Origin: Chlamydiia bacterium
Lineage (GTDB): Bacteria; Chlamydiota; Chlamydiia; Chlamydiales; FEN-1388
NCBI GenBank assembly: GCA_903848235.1
Contig: CAINFV010000146.1
Location: 1-46,724, forward strand
DNA length: 46,724 nt
Reading direction: 5' to 3'
The position numbers and the translations under genes were made by a program. Positions 15,800 through 26,865 of this stretch are shown piece by piece. Under the pieces are notes generated by a model. The model was not told the DNA's origin. It saw nothing but the letters and a program-made list of their open reading frames with translations, and searched no databases. Each line of letters starts with the position of its first letter. Position 1 is the first letter of the stretch.

Positions 15800-16450
15800 A
15801 TGGTTCGAAGTTTGATCGGGAAAAAATGCGGAATGGTACGAGTGTATGATCAAGACGGTAGGCCCGTCGCATGCACACTCATACACATCGAGCCGAATGT
15901 GGTGGCGCAGTTGAAAAACCGCGCAAAAGATGGCTACGAAGCCATTCAATTAGCGACACTGAAGATTGTAACGCGCGATCCACGCACCATTGAAAAGCGT
16001 CTTTCAAAGCCTCTACTGGGCCACTATAAAAAAGCTGCAGTCGCTCCTTGCCGCCATCTCCATGAGATGAGGGTAGAAGATTCGACTCAATATCAATTGG
16101 GTCAGGAGCTGAATGTTTCTCTATTTGAAGGTGCGAAGTTTCTCGACGTGACCGGAACTTCAAAGGGAAAAGGCTATCAAGGCGTGATGAAGAAGTATGG
16201 GTTTTCTGGTGGGCCAGCTGCTCACGGTTCCGGCTTCCACCGTCATGCAGGATCAACTGGTATGAGATCATCACCAGGAAGATGTTTGCCAGGTGGACCA
16301 AGGCCAAGTCACATGGGTGATGAAAAGGTTACAGTTCAAAGTCTCAGAGTCGTTGCTCTTGACGCTGACAAGGGAATAGTGCTTGTAGAAGGCGCAGTTC
16401 CGGGAGCAAAGAATAGTATTGTTGTCGTCAGCGACGCAATGAAGAAATAA
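15800..16450 (+). CDS. rplC: 50S ribosomal protein L3
   Basis: LIGKKCGMVRVYD..., TSKGKGYQGVMKKYGFSGGPAAHGS. First gene of the ribosomal operon. Confidence 0.97.
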   Translation: MVRSLIGKKCGMVRVYDQDGRPVACTLIHIEPNVVAQLKNRAKDGYEAIQLATLKIVTRDPRTIEKRLSKPLLGHYKKAAVAPCRHLHEMRVEDSTQYQLGQELNVSLFEGAKFLDVTGTSKGKGYQGVMKKYGFSGGPAAHGSGFHRHAGSTGMRSSPGRCLPGGPRPSHMGDEKVTVQSLRVVALDADKGIVLVEGAVPGAKNSIVVVSDAMKK

Positions 16451-16452
16451 GG

Positions 16453-17154
16453 TTGCCGGGGGAAGGCGTGGGAACGTCACTTAAGAAATACAATTTGCAA
16501 GGCGAAGAAATTGGTTCGGTGGAAGTCAACGATCTGTTGGCTGAAGCTCGAGCAAATTCACAACTTGTAAAAGACTATATTGTTGCGCTGAGAGCGAATG
16601 CCCGTCAGTGGACGGCGTGTACGAAAACTCGTGGCGAGATGAAACACTCGACGAAGAAGCCTCATCCTCAAAAGGGCCAAGGTAGATCACGTCAAGGTTC
16701 ATTAGTAGCCCCACAATATAGAGGTGGCGGGCGAGTCTTTGGACCAAAGCCAAAACCAGATTTTCACCTACGTGTGAACCAAAAAGAACGGAAAGCTGCC
16801 ATTCGAGCGCTTATTGCCGAAAAGATTCGTGATGGGAGTATGGTCGTTGTAGACTCTCTGAGCATGGAAGCTCCTAAAACGAAGATTGTGAAGAACTTAT
16901 TAGATAGGTGTGGTTTCAAACGTCGAGTCTTGATGTTAGGTGAAGGTGCCTATATCGAACTTGGTGTTGAAGATCAGAAGCTTCTGTTGAGTATTGGTTC
17001 AGATCAGCACGATATCGTGAAGAAAAGTGCGCGTAACATTCCTCAAGTTGAGTTTTCGCTTGTGAAGGATGTTGATGGATACGCTGTTGCTGTGGCTCAT
17101 GCCATGGTCGTCACGGAAGCAGCGCTGACCGAACTTGAGCAGTGGCTGATTTGA
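16453..17154 (+). CDS. rplD: 50S ribosomal protein L4
   Basis: HSTKKPHPQKGQGRSRQGSLVAPQYRGGGRVFGPKPK. The exact start is uncertain (TTG 16453 or GTG 16468). Confidence 0.93.
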   Translation: MPGEGVGTSLKKYNLQGEEIGSVEVNDLLAEARANSQLVKDYIVALRANARQWTACTKTRGEMKHSTKKPHPQKGQGRSRQGSLVAPQYRGGGRVFGPKPKPDFHLRVNQKERKAAIRALIAEKIRDGSMVVVDSLSMEAPKTKIVKNLLDRCGFKRRVLMLGEGAYIELGVEDQKLLLSIGSDQHDIVKKSARNIPQVEFSLVKDVDGYAVAVAHAMVVTEAALTELEQWLI

Positions 17155-17177
17155 GGGAAGAGTTGAAGGCAGAGAGA

Positions 17178-17513
17178 ATGACAATGTACAGTCCGTATAA
17201 GATTATTAAGAAACGGTATCTGACAGAGAAAGCCGCCGTTCTTGAGAAGTTGAAGGATGCAACGAGTAATCGAAGTGTATCGCGCTGCGAGACACCGAAG
17301 TATACCTTCTTAGTGGATAGTAACGCGAATAAACCACAGATTGCTGAAGCTATCGAAGCGATGTACGCAGAGAAAAATGTCAAGGTGATTGCTGTGAATA
17401 CGATTACGGTGAAGCCGAAGATGCGCAACAAGCGGGGGCGAATGAATCCTGGTGTAAAGCAGGGATTCAAGAAAGCGATTGTGACGCTCGCTGTTGGAAA
17501 TGTGATTGAGTGA
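17178..17513 (+). CDS. rplW: 50S ribosomal protein L23
   Basis: The L23-like sequence follows rplD. I place the start at ATG 17178 or 17184, downstream of the rplD stop, rather than at the ORF-track start 17142. Confidence 0.92.
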   Translation: MTMYSPYKIIKKRYLTEKAAVLEKLKDATSNRSVSRCETPKYTFLVDSNANKPQIAEAIEAMYAEKNVKVIAVNTITVKPKMRNKRGRMNPGVKQGFKKAIVTLAVGNVIE

Positions 17514-17543
17514 TAGGGCATCTGAGGGGAGACGAATGATAGT

Positions 17544-18392
17544 ATGATGAAGAAGTTTCGACCGGTTACTCCAGGAACGAGAAGATTACTCCTTCCGACG
17601 AATGATCAACTGACGCGTATTGGAAAAACACGTGCGACAGTGCGACCAACGAAGTCATTGCTGAGTCCTAAAAAGAGGACCAATGGCCGTAATAACAATG
17701 GTCATATTACCTGTCGACATCGTGGTGGTGGCCATAAGCGCTTTTATCGGATTATTGATTTCAAGCGTGATAAGCTTGATATCAAAGCGACAGTTGGCTC
17801 CATAGAGTATGATCCAAACCGATCATCTTTTATTGCGTTGCTGAACTATTGTGACGGTGAAAAAAGATATATTATTGCTCCTGAGGGACTTAAAGCTGGT
17901 GACGTTGTCATATCAAGTGATGAGAATCCTTTGTTTACATGTGGATGCTGCTCACAGCTGAAAATGATGCCGATTGGTTCTGTCATCCATAATGTTGAGC
18001 TGAGGCCAAAGGGTGGAGCGAAGTTAGCACGATCTGCAGGTCTTTCTGCGCAATTGATGGGACGAAATAACGGGTTTGCAACGTTGCGCATGCCATCTGG
18101 AGAGATGCGTCTGGTTAGGGAAGAGTGCCGGGCTACATTTGGCGTTGTCTCAAATGCTGAGCATAACGTCCGTGATGAAGGCAAAGCCGGCAGGAAGCGG
18201 TGGATGGGAATCCGTCCTACAGTTCGTGGAACGGCCATGAACCCAGTCGATCACCCACATGGTGGTGGCGAAGGGAAACATAATGGCTATATTCCACAAA
18301 CACCGTGGGCTATGCAGACCAAGGGATATCGTACACGCTCAAAGCGTAAGGTATCGAGTCGCTTTATCATTAAGGATCGCAGGATTAAGTAA
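17544..18392 (+). CDS. rplB: 50S ribosomal protein L2
   Basis: FRPVTPGTR..., [29 protein letters not shown]. Confidence 0.98.
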   Translation: MMKKFRPVTPGTRRLLLPTNDQLTRIGKTRATVRPTKSLLSPKKRTNGRNNNGHITCRHRGGGHKRFYRIIDFKRDKLDIKATVGSIEYDPNRSSFIALLNYCDGEKRYIIAPEGLKAGDVVISSDENPLFTCGCCSQLKMMPIGSVIHNVELRPKGGAKLARSAGLSAQLMGRNNGFATLRMPSGEMRLVREECRATFGVVSNAEHNVRDEGKAGRKRWMGIRPTVRGTAMNPVDHPHGGGEGKHNGYIPQTPWAMQTKGYRTRSKRKVSSRFIIKDRRIK

Positions 18393-18394
18393 CC

Positions 18395-18664
18395 ATGGCC
18401 AGATCGCTAAAGAAAGGGCCCTTTGTGGACCATCACCTTTTGAAAAAGGTGCAGGGATTAAGTATCTCGAAGGATAAGCGTACGATAAAGACGTGGTCGC
18501 GTCGATCGATGATTATTCCGGAGATGATTGGGAGCACTATCGAAGTGCACAATGGAAAGAAGCACATGCCTGTATATGTTACAGAGAACATGGTTGGTCA
18601 TCGCCTCGGTGAGTTTGTGCCGACGCGCCAATTTAAAGGACATCCACTCAAGAAGTCAGGGTAG
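18395..18664 (+). CDS. rpsS: 30S ribosomal protein S19
   Basis: [19 protein letters not shown]..., [16 protein letters not shown]. Confidence 0.98.
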   Translation: MARSLKKGPFVDHHLLKKVQGLSISKDKRTIKTWSRRSMIIPEMIGSTIEVHNGKKHMPVYVTENMVGHRLGEFVPTRQFKGHPLKKSG

Positions 18665-18670
18665 GAAGCG

Positions 18671-19006
18671 ATGGAACGATACACTGCTGTAACAAAATAC
18701 ATCCGTATCAGTCCTCGCAAGGCTCGGTTAGCGGCTGGGTTGATCCGGGGTCTTACGGTAGAGGCTGCTGAGCTTCAACTTCAGTTTTGTGGGTTGAAAG
18801 CTGGGCGTTTGTTGGTAAAGACGTTGCGTAGTGCGACAGCTAATGCGGAGTCGCAAGGTGATATACGTCGAGAAAAATTAGTCGTTAAGGAAGTTCGTGT
18901 GGATGAAGGCCCACGGTTGAAGCGGTCGAAACCGCGAAGTCGTGGAAGCCGTCACCCCTTCTTGAAACGAATGAGTCATTTTACGGTTGTAGTCGCTGCG
19001 TCGTAA
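18671..19006 (+). CDS. rplV: 50S ribosomal protein L22
   Basis: IRISPRKARLAAGLIRG..., L22 family, operon position. Confidence 0.96.
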   Translation: MERYTAVTKYIRISPRKARLAAGLIRGLTVEAAELQLQFCGLKAGRLLVKTLRSATANAESQGDIRREKLVVKEVRVDEGPRLKRSKPRSRGSRHPFLKRMSHFTVVVAAS

Positions 19007-19015
19007 GGAGCACGA

Positions 19016-19714
19016 ATGGGACAGAAGACGAATCCTGTTGGATTCCGCCTCATCATGAACCGCCAGTGGAAATCTCGCTGGTATGCGAACAAGCAAGAGT
19101 TTGGAACGCTGGTTTTCGAGGACGAAAAAATTCGAAAATTTCTCATGGCAAAAGCATGCTGTGTAGGTACGTCATCGATTACGATTCGGCGGATGAGCGA
19201 TAAAATTGAGATTGTAATCCACACCGCAAGGCCTGGGTTGGTGATCGGTAAGAAGGGTAGTGAGATCGATATTCTCCGTGGTGAGTTGGCAAAGCTGACT
19301 GGCAAAGAGATATGGATTGAAGTTGAAGAAATTAAACGCCCTGATCTCGACGCAAAACTTGTGGCAGATGGCATTGCAAAGCAGCTTGAACGGAGAATAC
19401 CATTCCGTCGCGCTTTGAAAAAAGCTATCCAGAGTGTTCGTGAAGCGGGAGCTCCTGGAGTCCGTGTACAATGTACGGGACGTCTTGGTGGTGCTGAGCT
19501 TGCACGACGAGAATGGTATAAAGATGGTGTGATTCCTCTTCAAACTATGCGCCAAGACATTGACTTTGCGTATGGACGAGCCGAAACGACCTATGGGTCG
19601 ATTGGTGTCAAAGTGTGGATCAACCGTGGTGAATATAGTACTGTTCGCCGGAAGCCAGCGTCTGAGATAGTCTCTGATGTCGCTGGTGCCACGACAGCAG
19701 CAGCGGGAGCTTGA
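19016..19714 (+). CDS. rpsC: 30S ribosomal protein S3
   Basis: [12 protein letters not shown]..., KH domain [11 protein letters not shown], with a short Ala-rich tail. Confidence 0.97.
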   Translation: MGQKTNPVGFRLIMNRQWKSRWYANKQEFGTLVFEDEKIRKFLMAKACCVGTSSITIRRMSDKIEIVIHTARPGLVIGKKGSEIDILRGELAKLTGKEIWIEVEEIKRPDLDAKLVADGIAKQLERRIPFRRALKKAIQSVREAGAPGVRVQCTGRLGGAELARREWYKDGVIPLQTMRQDIDFAYGRAETTYGSIGVKVWINRGEYSTVRRKPASEIVSDVAGATTAAAGA

Positions 19715-19719
19715 ATTCA

Positions 19720-20139
19720 ATGACCTTGATGCCGAAGAAATCAAAGTTTAGGAAGTGTCGAAAAGGACATCTCACCGGATTAAGTAAAGGCGGAACATTC
19801 ATCGATTTTGGCGAGTATGGAATTCAGGTAATTGAGCGTGGATATATCACTGCGCAACAGATTGAAGCCTGTCGAGTAGCCATTACCCGTTTTTTCAGCC
19901 GCCGAGGAAAGGTTTGGATTCGCATTTTCCCTCATAAGCCAGTGACAAAGAAGCCAGCAGAAACGCGAATGGGAAAGGGAAAGGGTAGCGTTGACCACTA
20001 TGTAGCGCCTGTAAAACCAGGACGCGTGTTGTTTGAGGTGGGTAATGTGCCTCGTGAGTTAGCACAAGATGCGTTGCGACGAGCAGCTGCTAAGCTTGGG
20101 TTAAAGACGAGATTCGTAGAAAGAATTGAGAGAGTCTAA
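19720..20139 (+). CDS. rplP: 50S ribosomal protein L16
   Basis: [12 protein letters not shown]..., [29 protein letters not shown]. The start could be 19711, 19720 or 19729. Confidence 0.95.
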   Translation: MTLMPKKSKFRKCRKGHLTGLSKGGTFIDFGEYGIQVIERGYITAQQIEACRVAITRFFSRRGKVWIRIFPHKPVTKKPAETRMGKGKGSVDHYVAPVKPGRVLFEVGNVPRELAQDALRRAAAKLGLKTRFVERIERV

Positions 20140-20153
20140 GGGGGCCAAAAGCA

Positions 20154-20384
20154 GTGAAAGGCGAAGTAACAGCCTCTGAGCTGAGAGTAAAAACAGATGT
20201 TGAGCTCCTTGAGAAGAAAAAAGAGCTTGAGCGCTCCATGTTTATGGCGCGAAGTATACTTGTGACAAGTGGCGAAAAAAAGCAGGATGCGATGATCCGA
20301 CAGATGCGAAAAGAGATCGCTCGTATCCTAACGATTATTCGTGAGCGAGAGCTTCAACAGTCGTTGCGTGAGCCTCTCTTATAA
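20154..20384 (+). CDS. rpmC: 50S ribosomal protein L29
   Basis: Small helical protein (ELRVKTDVELLEKKKELERSMF...) at the L29 position. GTG start. Confidence 0.88.
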   Translation: MKGEVTASELRVKTDVELLEKKKELERSMFMARSILVTSGEKKQDAMIRQMRKEIARILTIIRERELQQSLREPLL

Positions 20385-20411
20385 AAACGATCGGACGTGA
20401 GTTAAGGTGAT

Positions 20412-20690
20412 ATGATTCAGGAAGGTGTGCGTGGCGAGCGAAAGCTCCGTAAGGGCGTCGTAGTTTCGAGTAAAATGAAGAACACTGTTGTCGTACGTGT
20501 CAGCCGTTCGGTTGCGCATGCGAAATACGGGAAAGTTATTCTGCGAACATCGAAGTGTTATGCCCACGATGACTCAGGTACCTTGAAAGAAGGCGATGAA
20601 GTGATGATCATGGAGACTCGCCCTATTTCGAAATTGAAACGCTGGAGAGTCGTTTCTAGTTTGTCTCAGAATGCTGAGATAAATTTGTAG
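20412..20690 (+). CDS. rpsQ: 30S ribosomal protein S17
   Basis: [19 protein letters not shown]...HAKYGK...YAHD...[18 protein letters not shown]. Confidence 0.96.
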   Translation: MIQEGVRGERKLRKGVVVSSKMKNTVVVRVSRSVAHAKYGKVILRTSKCYAHDDSGTLKEGDEVMIMETRPISKLKRWRVVSSLSQNAEINL

Positions 20691-20732
20691 AACGTACGCC
20701 GTAGATTTTAGAGTAAGTGTTGGGATGGAGCC

Positions 20733-21098
20733 ATGATTCAACAGGAAACGCAACTGAAGGTTGCCGACAACACGGGTGCCAAGAGAGTTAAGTGCTTTAA
20801 GGTCCTCGGTGGATCGAAGCGCCGTTATGCTGGTGTTGGCGACGTGATCATTTGCAGTGTGAAAGAAGCTGAGCCAGATGGCAGTGTGAAGAAGGGCGAA
20901 GTAGTTCGCGCTGTCGTAGTACGGACAAAAAAGTATATCCGACGTAAAGATGGATATCTCCGTTTTGATTCAAATAGTTGCGTGCTCATTGATGACAAAG
21001 GAACCCCTCGCGGGACACGTATTTTTGGGCCTATTGCTCGAGAAGTTCGTGATCGTGGGTATGTAAAGATCGGTTCTTTGGCACCAGAGGTTATTTAG
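20733..21098 (+). CDS. rplN: 50S ribosomal protein L14
   Basis: [28 protein letters not shown]... Confidence 0.98.
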   Translation: MIQQETQLKVADNTGAKRVKCFKVLGGSKRRYAGVGDVIICSVKEAEPDGSVKKGEVVRAVVVRTKKYIRRKDGYLRFDSNSCVLIDDKGTPRGTRIFGPIAREVRDRGYVKIGSLAPEVI

Positions 21099-21116
21099 GT
21101 CGTATAAGAGGACGTC

Positions 21117-21473
21117 ATGATGGACGGTCAGGAATTAGGTTCGAAAAAAGTACGCAAAGGCGACCGAGTGGTTGTTATCGCAGGTAATGCGAGAGGCCAG
21201 AAAGGAACGGTTGAAGCTTGTTTGGGGAATCGTGTTATTGTTGGCGGTGTCAATATGCACAAGCGCCACATTAAACGCTCTCAGACACACCCACAAGGAG
21301 GACGGATTGACGTAGAAAGTCCAATCCATCTTTCCAATGTACGTGCGTGTGATGAAGAGGGGCATCCCTTGAAATTGAAGATGAGAACGAATGATCAAGG
21401 CGAGCGAGAGCTTGTCTATATGAAGGATGGCCAGCCGGTGCTGTGGCGTTCGATGAAACGGTCAAAGAAGTAA
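21117..21473 (+). CDS. rplX: 50S ribosomal protein L24
   Basis: KVRKGDRVVVIAGNARGQKGTV (KOW motif), operon position. Confidence 0.95.
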   Translation: MMDGQELGSKKVRKGDRVVVIAGNARGQKGTVEACLGNRVIVGGVNMHKRHIKRSQTHPQGGRIDVESPIHLSNVRACDEEGHPLKLKMRTNDQGERELVYMKDGQPVLWRSMKRSKK

Positions 21474-21485
21474 GGATCTTGCGAG

Positions 21486-22052
21486 ATGTCAAGGCTGAAG
21501 AAGCGGTACAATGATGAAGTCAAACCAGCTCTTTTAGAGAAGTTTGGCTATGAGAATCCAATGATGGTGCCATCCCTGCAAAAGATCGTGATAAGCATGG
21601 GGATTGCAGAAGCGGCAAAAGATAAGAATGCTATTCAAGATCTTACCCGTGAGCTCTCTGAGATTTCAGGGCAGAAACCAGTTTTGACGAAGGCGAAGAA
21701 AGCCATTTCCAACTTTAAGTTGCGAAAAGGTCAAATTGTCGGGTTAAAAGTGACGATGCGCGGCAAACGGATGTATGATTTTTTACATCGTTTTTGTAAT
21801 ATAGCTGCACCGAGGATTCGCGACTTTCATGGTTTCTCAGTAAAATGTGATGGCCGTGGGAGTTTTTCCTTGGGCCTTGAAGATCAGTTGATCTTTCCTG
21901 AGTTAAACCTTGACTTGGTGAAGCGTCCTCAAGGGATGAATATAACGTTTGTAACAAGCGCTAATACAGACGACGAGTGTGTTGAGCTGTTGCGTTTGCT
22001 TGGGATTCCTTTTAAAGATCTGCCCGTAGTCGTTTCCGGTTGGGCATCATGA
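21486..22052 (+). CDS. rplE: 50S ribosomal protein L5
   Basis: [39 protein letters not shown]..., [19 protein letters not shown]. Confidence 0.97.
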   Translation: MSRLKKRYNDEVKPALLEKFGYENPMMVPSLQKIVISMGIAEAAKDKNAIQDLTRELSEISGQKPVLTKAKKAISNFKLRKGQIVGLKVTMRGKRMYDFLHRFCNIAAPRIRDFHGFSVKCDGRGSFSLGLEDQLIFPELNLDLVKRPQGMNITFVTSANTDDECVELLRLLGIPFKDLPVVVSGWAS

Positions 22053-22072
22053 GATTGTGTGGAGTATAACTG

Positions 22073-22471
22073 ATGAGTCAGAGTGATCCAATCGCCGATT
22101 TTTTAACACGAGTTCGCAATGCTTCGGATGCCAAGTTACGGTATGCCGATATTCGTTGGAACAAGACGGTGCAGCATATTGCTGAGGTTCTGAAGAACGC
22201 GAATTTTATTGAGCATATTCTCGTTCGAACGGATGATGGTTTCCCCCAAATGCGCGTCTTTTTGAAGTACGGCGTAAAAAGGGCTCCTATTATTCGTGGA
22301 CTTCGTCGAGTTTCCTCGCCTGGATGCCGTCGTTATGTTGGAGCCAAGAAGATTCCAAGTGTCATGAATGGACTTGGTCTTACTGTGATGTCAACTCCGC
22401 AAGGCGTTATGTCTGGGAAAAGCGCCCGTGAAAAGGGTGTCGGTGGTGAAGTGTTGTGTTACGTCTGGTAA
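22073..22471 (+). CDS. rpsH: 30S ribosomal protein S8
   Basis: DPIADFLTRVRNA..., GGEVLCYVW. It directly follows rplE with no rpsN between them. Confidence 0.97.
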   Translation: MSQSDPIADFLTRVRNASDAKLRYADIRWNKTVQHIAEVLKNANFIEHILVRTDDGFPQMRVFLKYGVKRAPIIRGLRRVSSPGCRRYVGAKKIPSVMNGLGLTVMSTPQGVMSGKSAREKGVGGEVLCYVW

Positions 22472-22491
22472 GAGTGGGAGACTAGAAATCC

Positions 22492-23046
22492 GTGTCACGA
22501 AAAGGTAAGATGCCGATTACTCTTCCTACGGGAGTTGAGGTCGGAGTAGCAAGTGAAATTGTTACTGTCAAAGGGCCGAAAGGTACTCTGACGTTGAAAA
22601 TTGAAGGTGGAATTCAGGTAATATTGGAAGGGAATATCCTTCGTGTTGTACCTGATGATTCATCACGAGAATTGAGTCGACTTCATGGTCTGTACTTCTC
22701 CTTGATCCAGAATATGGTTATTGGAACGAGTACTGGGTTTGAGAAGAAACTAGAGATGATCGGTGTCGGATATCGTGCTGCAGTGCAAGGTTCTGTCATT
22801 GACGTCCAAGTCGGATTGTCTCACCCATCGAAACTTGAAATACCTCATGGTATTCACGTGAAGGTCGAGAAGAATACTCAGATTTCTGTAAGTGGGATCG
22901 ATAAACAGGCTGTAGGCCAGTTCGCCGCTGAAATTCGCGGAAAACGGCCACCAGAGCCCTACCAAGGCAAAGGTATTCGCTATGTTGGCGAATACGTCCG
23001 AAGGAAGGCCGGTAAGGCTGCAAAGACAGCTAAGAAAGCTGCATAA
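22492..23046 (+). CDS. rplF: 50S ribosomal protein L6
   Basis: MSRKGKMPITLPTGVEV..., PEPYQGKGIRYVGEYVRRKAGK. Confidence 0.97.
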   Translation: MSRKGKMPITLPTGVEVGVASEIVTVKGPKGTLTLKIEGGIQVILEGNILRVVPDDSSRELSRLHGLYFSLIQNMVIGTSTGFEKKLEMIGVGYRAAVQGSVIDVQVGLSHPSKLEIPHGIHVKVEKNTQISVSGIDKQAVGQFAAEIRGKRPPEPYQGKGIRYVGEYVRRKAGKAAKTAKKAA

Positions 23047-23120
23047 AAGTTATTTTGAGAGATTAAGGCTGTTTTGTGCAGCTTGATGATTCTTGTAGAG
23101 TGGTTGGAAGGTAGAGCGCG

Positions 23121-23492
23121 ATGAAGATCGGAAACAAAAAAGCCTTAAGTATGCAATCGCGACGTGCGTTGCGCGTTCGTGCACATTTGAGAGGTTCTGC
23201 AAAGAGACCGCGTATGTGTGTTGTGAAGTCAAATACGCAGCTGTACGTGCAGCTGATTGATGACGTGACTGGTACGACTCTTGCATCAGCACAAACTGGT
23301 GGCAAGGCTGCGCAGGGAACAGAGTTAGCAAAGAAGTCCAAAGCTTCAGCAAAATTGGTCGGTGAACAGATCGCCCAGAAAGCGAAAGAACTTGGGATTA
23401 CTCAAGTCATATTTGATCGTGGTCCGTTTAAGTACCACGGTATTTTAGCTGAATTGGCGAATGCGGCGCGGCAGCAAGGGTTGCAGTGCTAA
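23121..23492 (+). CDS. rplR: 50S ribosomal protein L18
   Basis: RALRVRAHLRGSAKRPRMCVVKSNTQLYVQLIDD..., FDRGPFKYHGILAELANAARQQGLQ. Confidence 0.96.
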   Translation: MKIGNKKALSMQSRRALRVRAHLRGSAKRPRMCVVKSNTQLYVQLIDDVTGTTLASAQTGGKAAQGTELAKKSKASAKLVGEQIAQKAKELGITQVIFDRGPFKYHGILAELANAARQQGLQC

Positions 23493-23530
23493 GCGGATAG
23501 CGTAAGTGATGGAAATGCGGGGCGTGTACG

Positions 23531-24043
23531 ATGGCAAAAGGTTCTGATGGCGGAAGGCGAGAAGGCTCGGATTCGGGTCTGATGGAAAAAGTGCTTTTCA
23601 TCAACCGTTGTTCTAAGACGGTAAAGGGTGGGAAGAAAATGTCCTTCTCTGCCTTGATTCTTGTTGGCGATGGGAAGGGTCGAGTAGGGTATGGTTTTGC
23701 AAAAGCGAACGAGTTGACGGATGCCATTCGTAAAGGTGGAGATGCTGCGAAGAAGAACATGATTACAGTATGCATGGAGGGGTCTACGATTCCTCATGAC
23801 GTAACTGAAAAATGGGATGGTGTTACTCTTATAATGCGTCCAGCTCCTGAAGGGACTGGTGTCATTGCTGGTTCGAAGATACGTGCTGTGCTTTCCTTTG
23901 CTGGAATTGTTAATGTTGTAGCGAAGATTTATGGATCGAATAATCCCGTGAATCAAGTGAGAGCGATTTTTAGAGCGCTCTCCTCTTTGATGTCGCGTGA
24001 GGCGATTCTTGCGGCAAGAGGTGTGACCCATGAAGCTCAATGA
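23531..24043 (+). CDS. rpsE: 30S ribosomal protein S5
   Basis: INRCSKTVKGGKKMSFSALILVGDGKGRVGYGFAKANE... Confidence 0.97.
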   Translation: MAKGSDGGRREGSDSGLMEKVLFINRCSKTVKGGKKMSFSALILVGDGKGRVGYGFAKANELTDAIRKGGDAAKKNMITVCMEGSTIPHDVTEKWDGVTLIMRPAPEGTGVIAGSKIRAVLSFAGIVNVVAKIYGSNNPVNQVRAIFRALSSLMSREAILAARGVTHEAQ

Positions 24044-24476
24044 ACTAAAAAATACGTCACGGCCCTATAAAGCACGAAAACGACGTGGTCGTGGTATAGG
24101 TTCTAAATTAGGTAAGACTAGTGGTCGCGGTCACAAAGGTGCTGGTTCACGCGCTGGATGGAAATCCCGAGCTCGGTATGAAGGTGGACAGTTGCCATTG
24201 TATCGAAAGACTCCAGAAAGAGGGTTTACCCGTGGTCGCTTTCTGAAGCGTCTTGACTCGATCAATCTTGGTGATATTGAGAATCTTTTTAACGATGGTG
24301 ATAAGGTCGATCTCCTTGCACTTCGTGAAAAAGGAATTCTGAAAGGAACTACCTTTGGGCTCAAAATTTTAGGTTTTGGCGAGCTTACGAAAAAGGTAAC
24401 TATCGAAGCGAATGCGATTTCTGCCAGTGCGAAAGAAAAGTTGGAACGCGCTGGAATCCCATGTATCATCGTCTGA
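24030..24476 (+). CDS. rplO: 50S ribosomal protein L15
   Basis: KLNELKNT..., RRGRGIGSKLGKTSGRGHKG. It overlaps the rpsE end, with no rpmD between them. Confidence 0.96.
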   Translation: MKLNELKNTSRPYKARKRRGRGIGSKLGKTSGRGHKGAGSRAGWKSRARYEGGQLPLYRKTPERGFTRGRFLKRLDSINLGDIENLFNDGDKVDLLALREKGILKGTTFGLKILGFGELTKKVTIEANAISASAKEKLERAGIPCIIV

Positions 24477-24510
24477 AGCTGTCTTTAACCCGGCGGCATC
24501 CATCTAACTT

Positions 24511-25878
24511 ATGAACGAAACCATAACGCGCATATTTCAGAATAGTGAACTGATGAAAAAGATTCAGTTCACGCTATTCATGCTTCTCGTTTTCCGTATC
24601 GGAGGGTTTATTCCCGTTCCTGGTATTGACGGCGAGGTAGCACTGAGTTATTTTCGTCATGCCACTGGTGGTGGACAGAATCTTTTTCAGCTGATTGATA
24701 TATTCAGCGGTGGAGCTTTCTCCCAGATGACGATCTTCGCTCTTGGGGTGGTACCATATATTTCTGCTTCCATCATCTTCCAATTGCTGGTGGCGTTGAT
24801 CCCGAGCATACAGCGAGAAGTTCGTGAAAATCCTGAGTATGGCCGTCGGAAGATTACTCGTTGGACACGGATTGGAACGTTGATGTTGGCTTTTATCCAA
24901 TCAGCGCTTTTTGCTCGTTTTGCGCTTCAGATGAACCAGTCCAATCCTGGGATTGTTTCCTCTGATCTTTTAGCAGTGCGAATGTTTGATGTGCCGTGGT
25001 TGTTTTACATGATTATGATCACCACGATGACAACAGGGACCTGTTTCTTGATGTGGATTGGTGAGCAGGTGACAGAAAAGGGTATTGGGAATGGAATGAG
25101 TCTTATCATTGCGACAGGTATTCTCTCGCAGCTTCCCTCAACGATTGGGTTGATTATTCAACAGTTAAATCTCGATAGCCCAGGGGCCGGCCAGCTTTCG
25201 CTATTTTCGGTACTTGTCTTGCTTGGATTGTTTGTAGGGGTGACGATTGCCACGATCTATATTATTCAGGGTCAACGGAAGGTCCCTCTTCAGTATGCTC
25301 GTCGAGTAATAGGAATGCGTGAAGTTCAAGGTGTTGGCAGTTCGTATCTGCCTCTGAAAGTCAACTATGCGGGTGTTGTGCCTGTCATTTTTGCATCATC
25401 GCTGTTGATGTTTCCAGCGACACTAGGTCAGTTTATTGGGGCTGGAAATTGGATGGGGGTTGTTGCGGACTCTTTGTCGCCAGGATCTTCGATGTATTTG
25501 TTGCTGTATGTATTGCTCATTCTCTTTTTTACTTATTTTTGGACTGCAACTCAGTTTCATCCGGATCAGATTGCTTCAGAGATGAAAAAGAATGGTGCTT
25601 TTATCCCTGGTGTACGCCAAGGGAAGCATACTCAGGAATATTTAGAGGAAACGATGCATCGCATAACGCTGATTGGTGCTTGTTCCCTCGCTGCCTTGGC
25701 GATCCTCCCATCGATTATTGGGAAGGTGATGGGAGTTTCCCCATCGATTAGTTATTTTTTTGGTGGAACTGCTTTGCTGATTCTTGTCGGTGTTGTGCTT
25801 GATACGATGAAACAGGTTGATTCTCATCTTATAATGCGTCGTTATGAAGGGTTTATGCGTCGTCCAAAGTTTCGATAG
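24511..25878 (+). CDS. secY: Preprotein translocase subunit SecY
   Basis: Ten-TM protein with SecY motifs ([59 protein letters not shown]). Confidence 0.97.
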   Translation: MNETITRIFQNSELMKKIQFTLFMLLVFRIGGFIPVPGIDGEVALSYFRHATGGGQNLFQLIDIFSGGAFSQMTIFALGVVPYISASIIFQLLVALIPSIQREVRENPEYGRRKITRWTRIGTLMLAFIQSALFARFALQMNQSNPGIVSSDLLAVRMFDVPWLFYMIMITTMTTGTCFLMWIGEQVTEKGIGNGMSLIIATGILSQLPSTIGLIIQQLNLDSPGAGQLSLFSVLVLLGLFVGVTIATIYIIQGQRKVPLQYARRVIGMREVQGVGSSYLPLKVNYAGVVPVIFASSLLMFPATLGQFIGAGNWMGVVADSLSPGSSMYLLLYVLLILFFTYFWTATQFHPDQIASEMKKNGAFIPGVRQGKHTQEYLEETMHRITLIGACSLAALAILPSIIGKVMGVSPSISYFFGGTALLILVGVVLDTMKQVDSHLIMRRYEGFMRRPKFR

Positions 25879-25976
25879 CGATGTGCTCTCAAACGGCGGT
25901 GATGAGATGAACATTTGATTCAAATGCGATTTTTTGATAGGATCCTTAGGATCTTCTTAATCTTCAGGAGAGAACG

Positions 25977-26357
25977 ATGGTTCGAATTGTAGGCGTTGAC
26001 ATTCCAGACAACAAGCGGTTGGAAGTGAGCCTTAGATATCTTTATGGCATTGGGCCTACCCTGGCGCTTCAGATTATCGAACGACTGAAATTGAATCCTG
26101 GTATGCGCGCTCATCAGTTATCTGCTGACGAAGTAGCCAAGATTACACATCTTCTGCAATCTGAATTTACGATCGAGGGTGACCTGCGTCGTCAAGTGCA
26201 GAATAACATTAAGCGTTTGATTAACATTCACTGCTATCGTGGATCACGCCACAAAGCTGGTTTGCCAGTTCGTGGACAAAGAACTAGAACGAATGCTCGT
26301 ACCAGAAAGGGACCTCGTAAGACGGTCGCCGGTAAGAAACGTGCACCTCAGCAATAA
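25977..26357 (+). CDS. rpsM: 30S ribosomal protein S13
   Basis: [26 protein letters not shown]..., it directly follows secY. Confidence 0.97.
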   Translation: MVRIVGVDIPDNKRLEVSLRYLYGIGPTLALQIIERLKLNPGMRAHQLSADEVAKITHLLQSEFTIEGDLRRQVQNNIKRLINIHCYRGSRHKAGLPVRGQRTRTNARTRKGPRKTVAGKKRAPQQ

Positions 26358-26381
26358 TTGTGTGGTAGAAGGAGATCTCCG

Positions 26382-26789
26382 TTGAATACGACTAAGCAAC
26401 CTGTTCCGCAAAAGAAAGCGACGAGAAAGAAGGTTGTGCGCAATGTCCCGATTGGGGTGGCGCATGTGAAAGCTTCGTTCAACAATACGATTATTGCTAT
26501 TTCCGACCCGATGGGTCGTGTAATTGCTTGGTCGTCGGCTGGAAAATCCGGATATTCCGGATCGCGTAAGTCATCAGCCTTTGCTGCAACCGTTGCTGCC
26601 CAGGATGCTGGGAAGATCGCAGTTGCTCAAGGGATGAAAGAAGTTGAAGTGAATTTAAAAGGTCCTGGAGCTGGTCGTGAGCCAGCAGTTCGTGGATTGA
26701 TGAGTGCTGGATTAACCGTCACTGCAATTCGCGATACGACACCCGTACCCCATAACGGATGCCGTGCTAGAAAACGTAGAAGAGTTTAG
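26382..26789 (+). CDS. rpsK: 30S ribosomal protein S11
   Basis: [19 protein letters not shown]..., [13 protein letters not shown]..., [16 protein letters not shown] place the start at TTG 26382, behind an aggaga RBS, rather than at 26358. Confidence 0.95.
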   Translation: MNTTKQPVPQKKATRKKVVRNVPIGVAHVKASFNNTIIAISDPMGRVIAWSSAGKSGYSGSRKSSAFAATVAAQDAGKIAVAQGMKEVEVNLKGPGAGREPAVRGLMSAGLTVTAIRDTTPVPHNGCRARKRRRV

Positions 26790-26865
26790 TGGGTTTTTTG
26801 TCTATATATCCATTTGAAGACAGTTCTTTGGGTATACGTCGAACAAAACCTTTCGATCAGGAGTT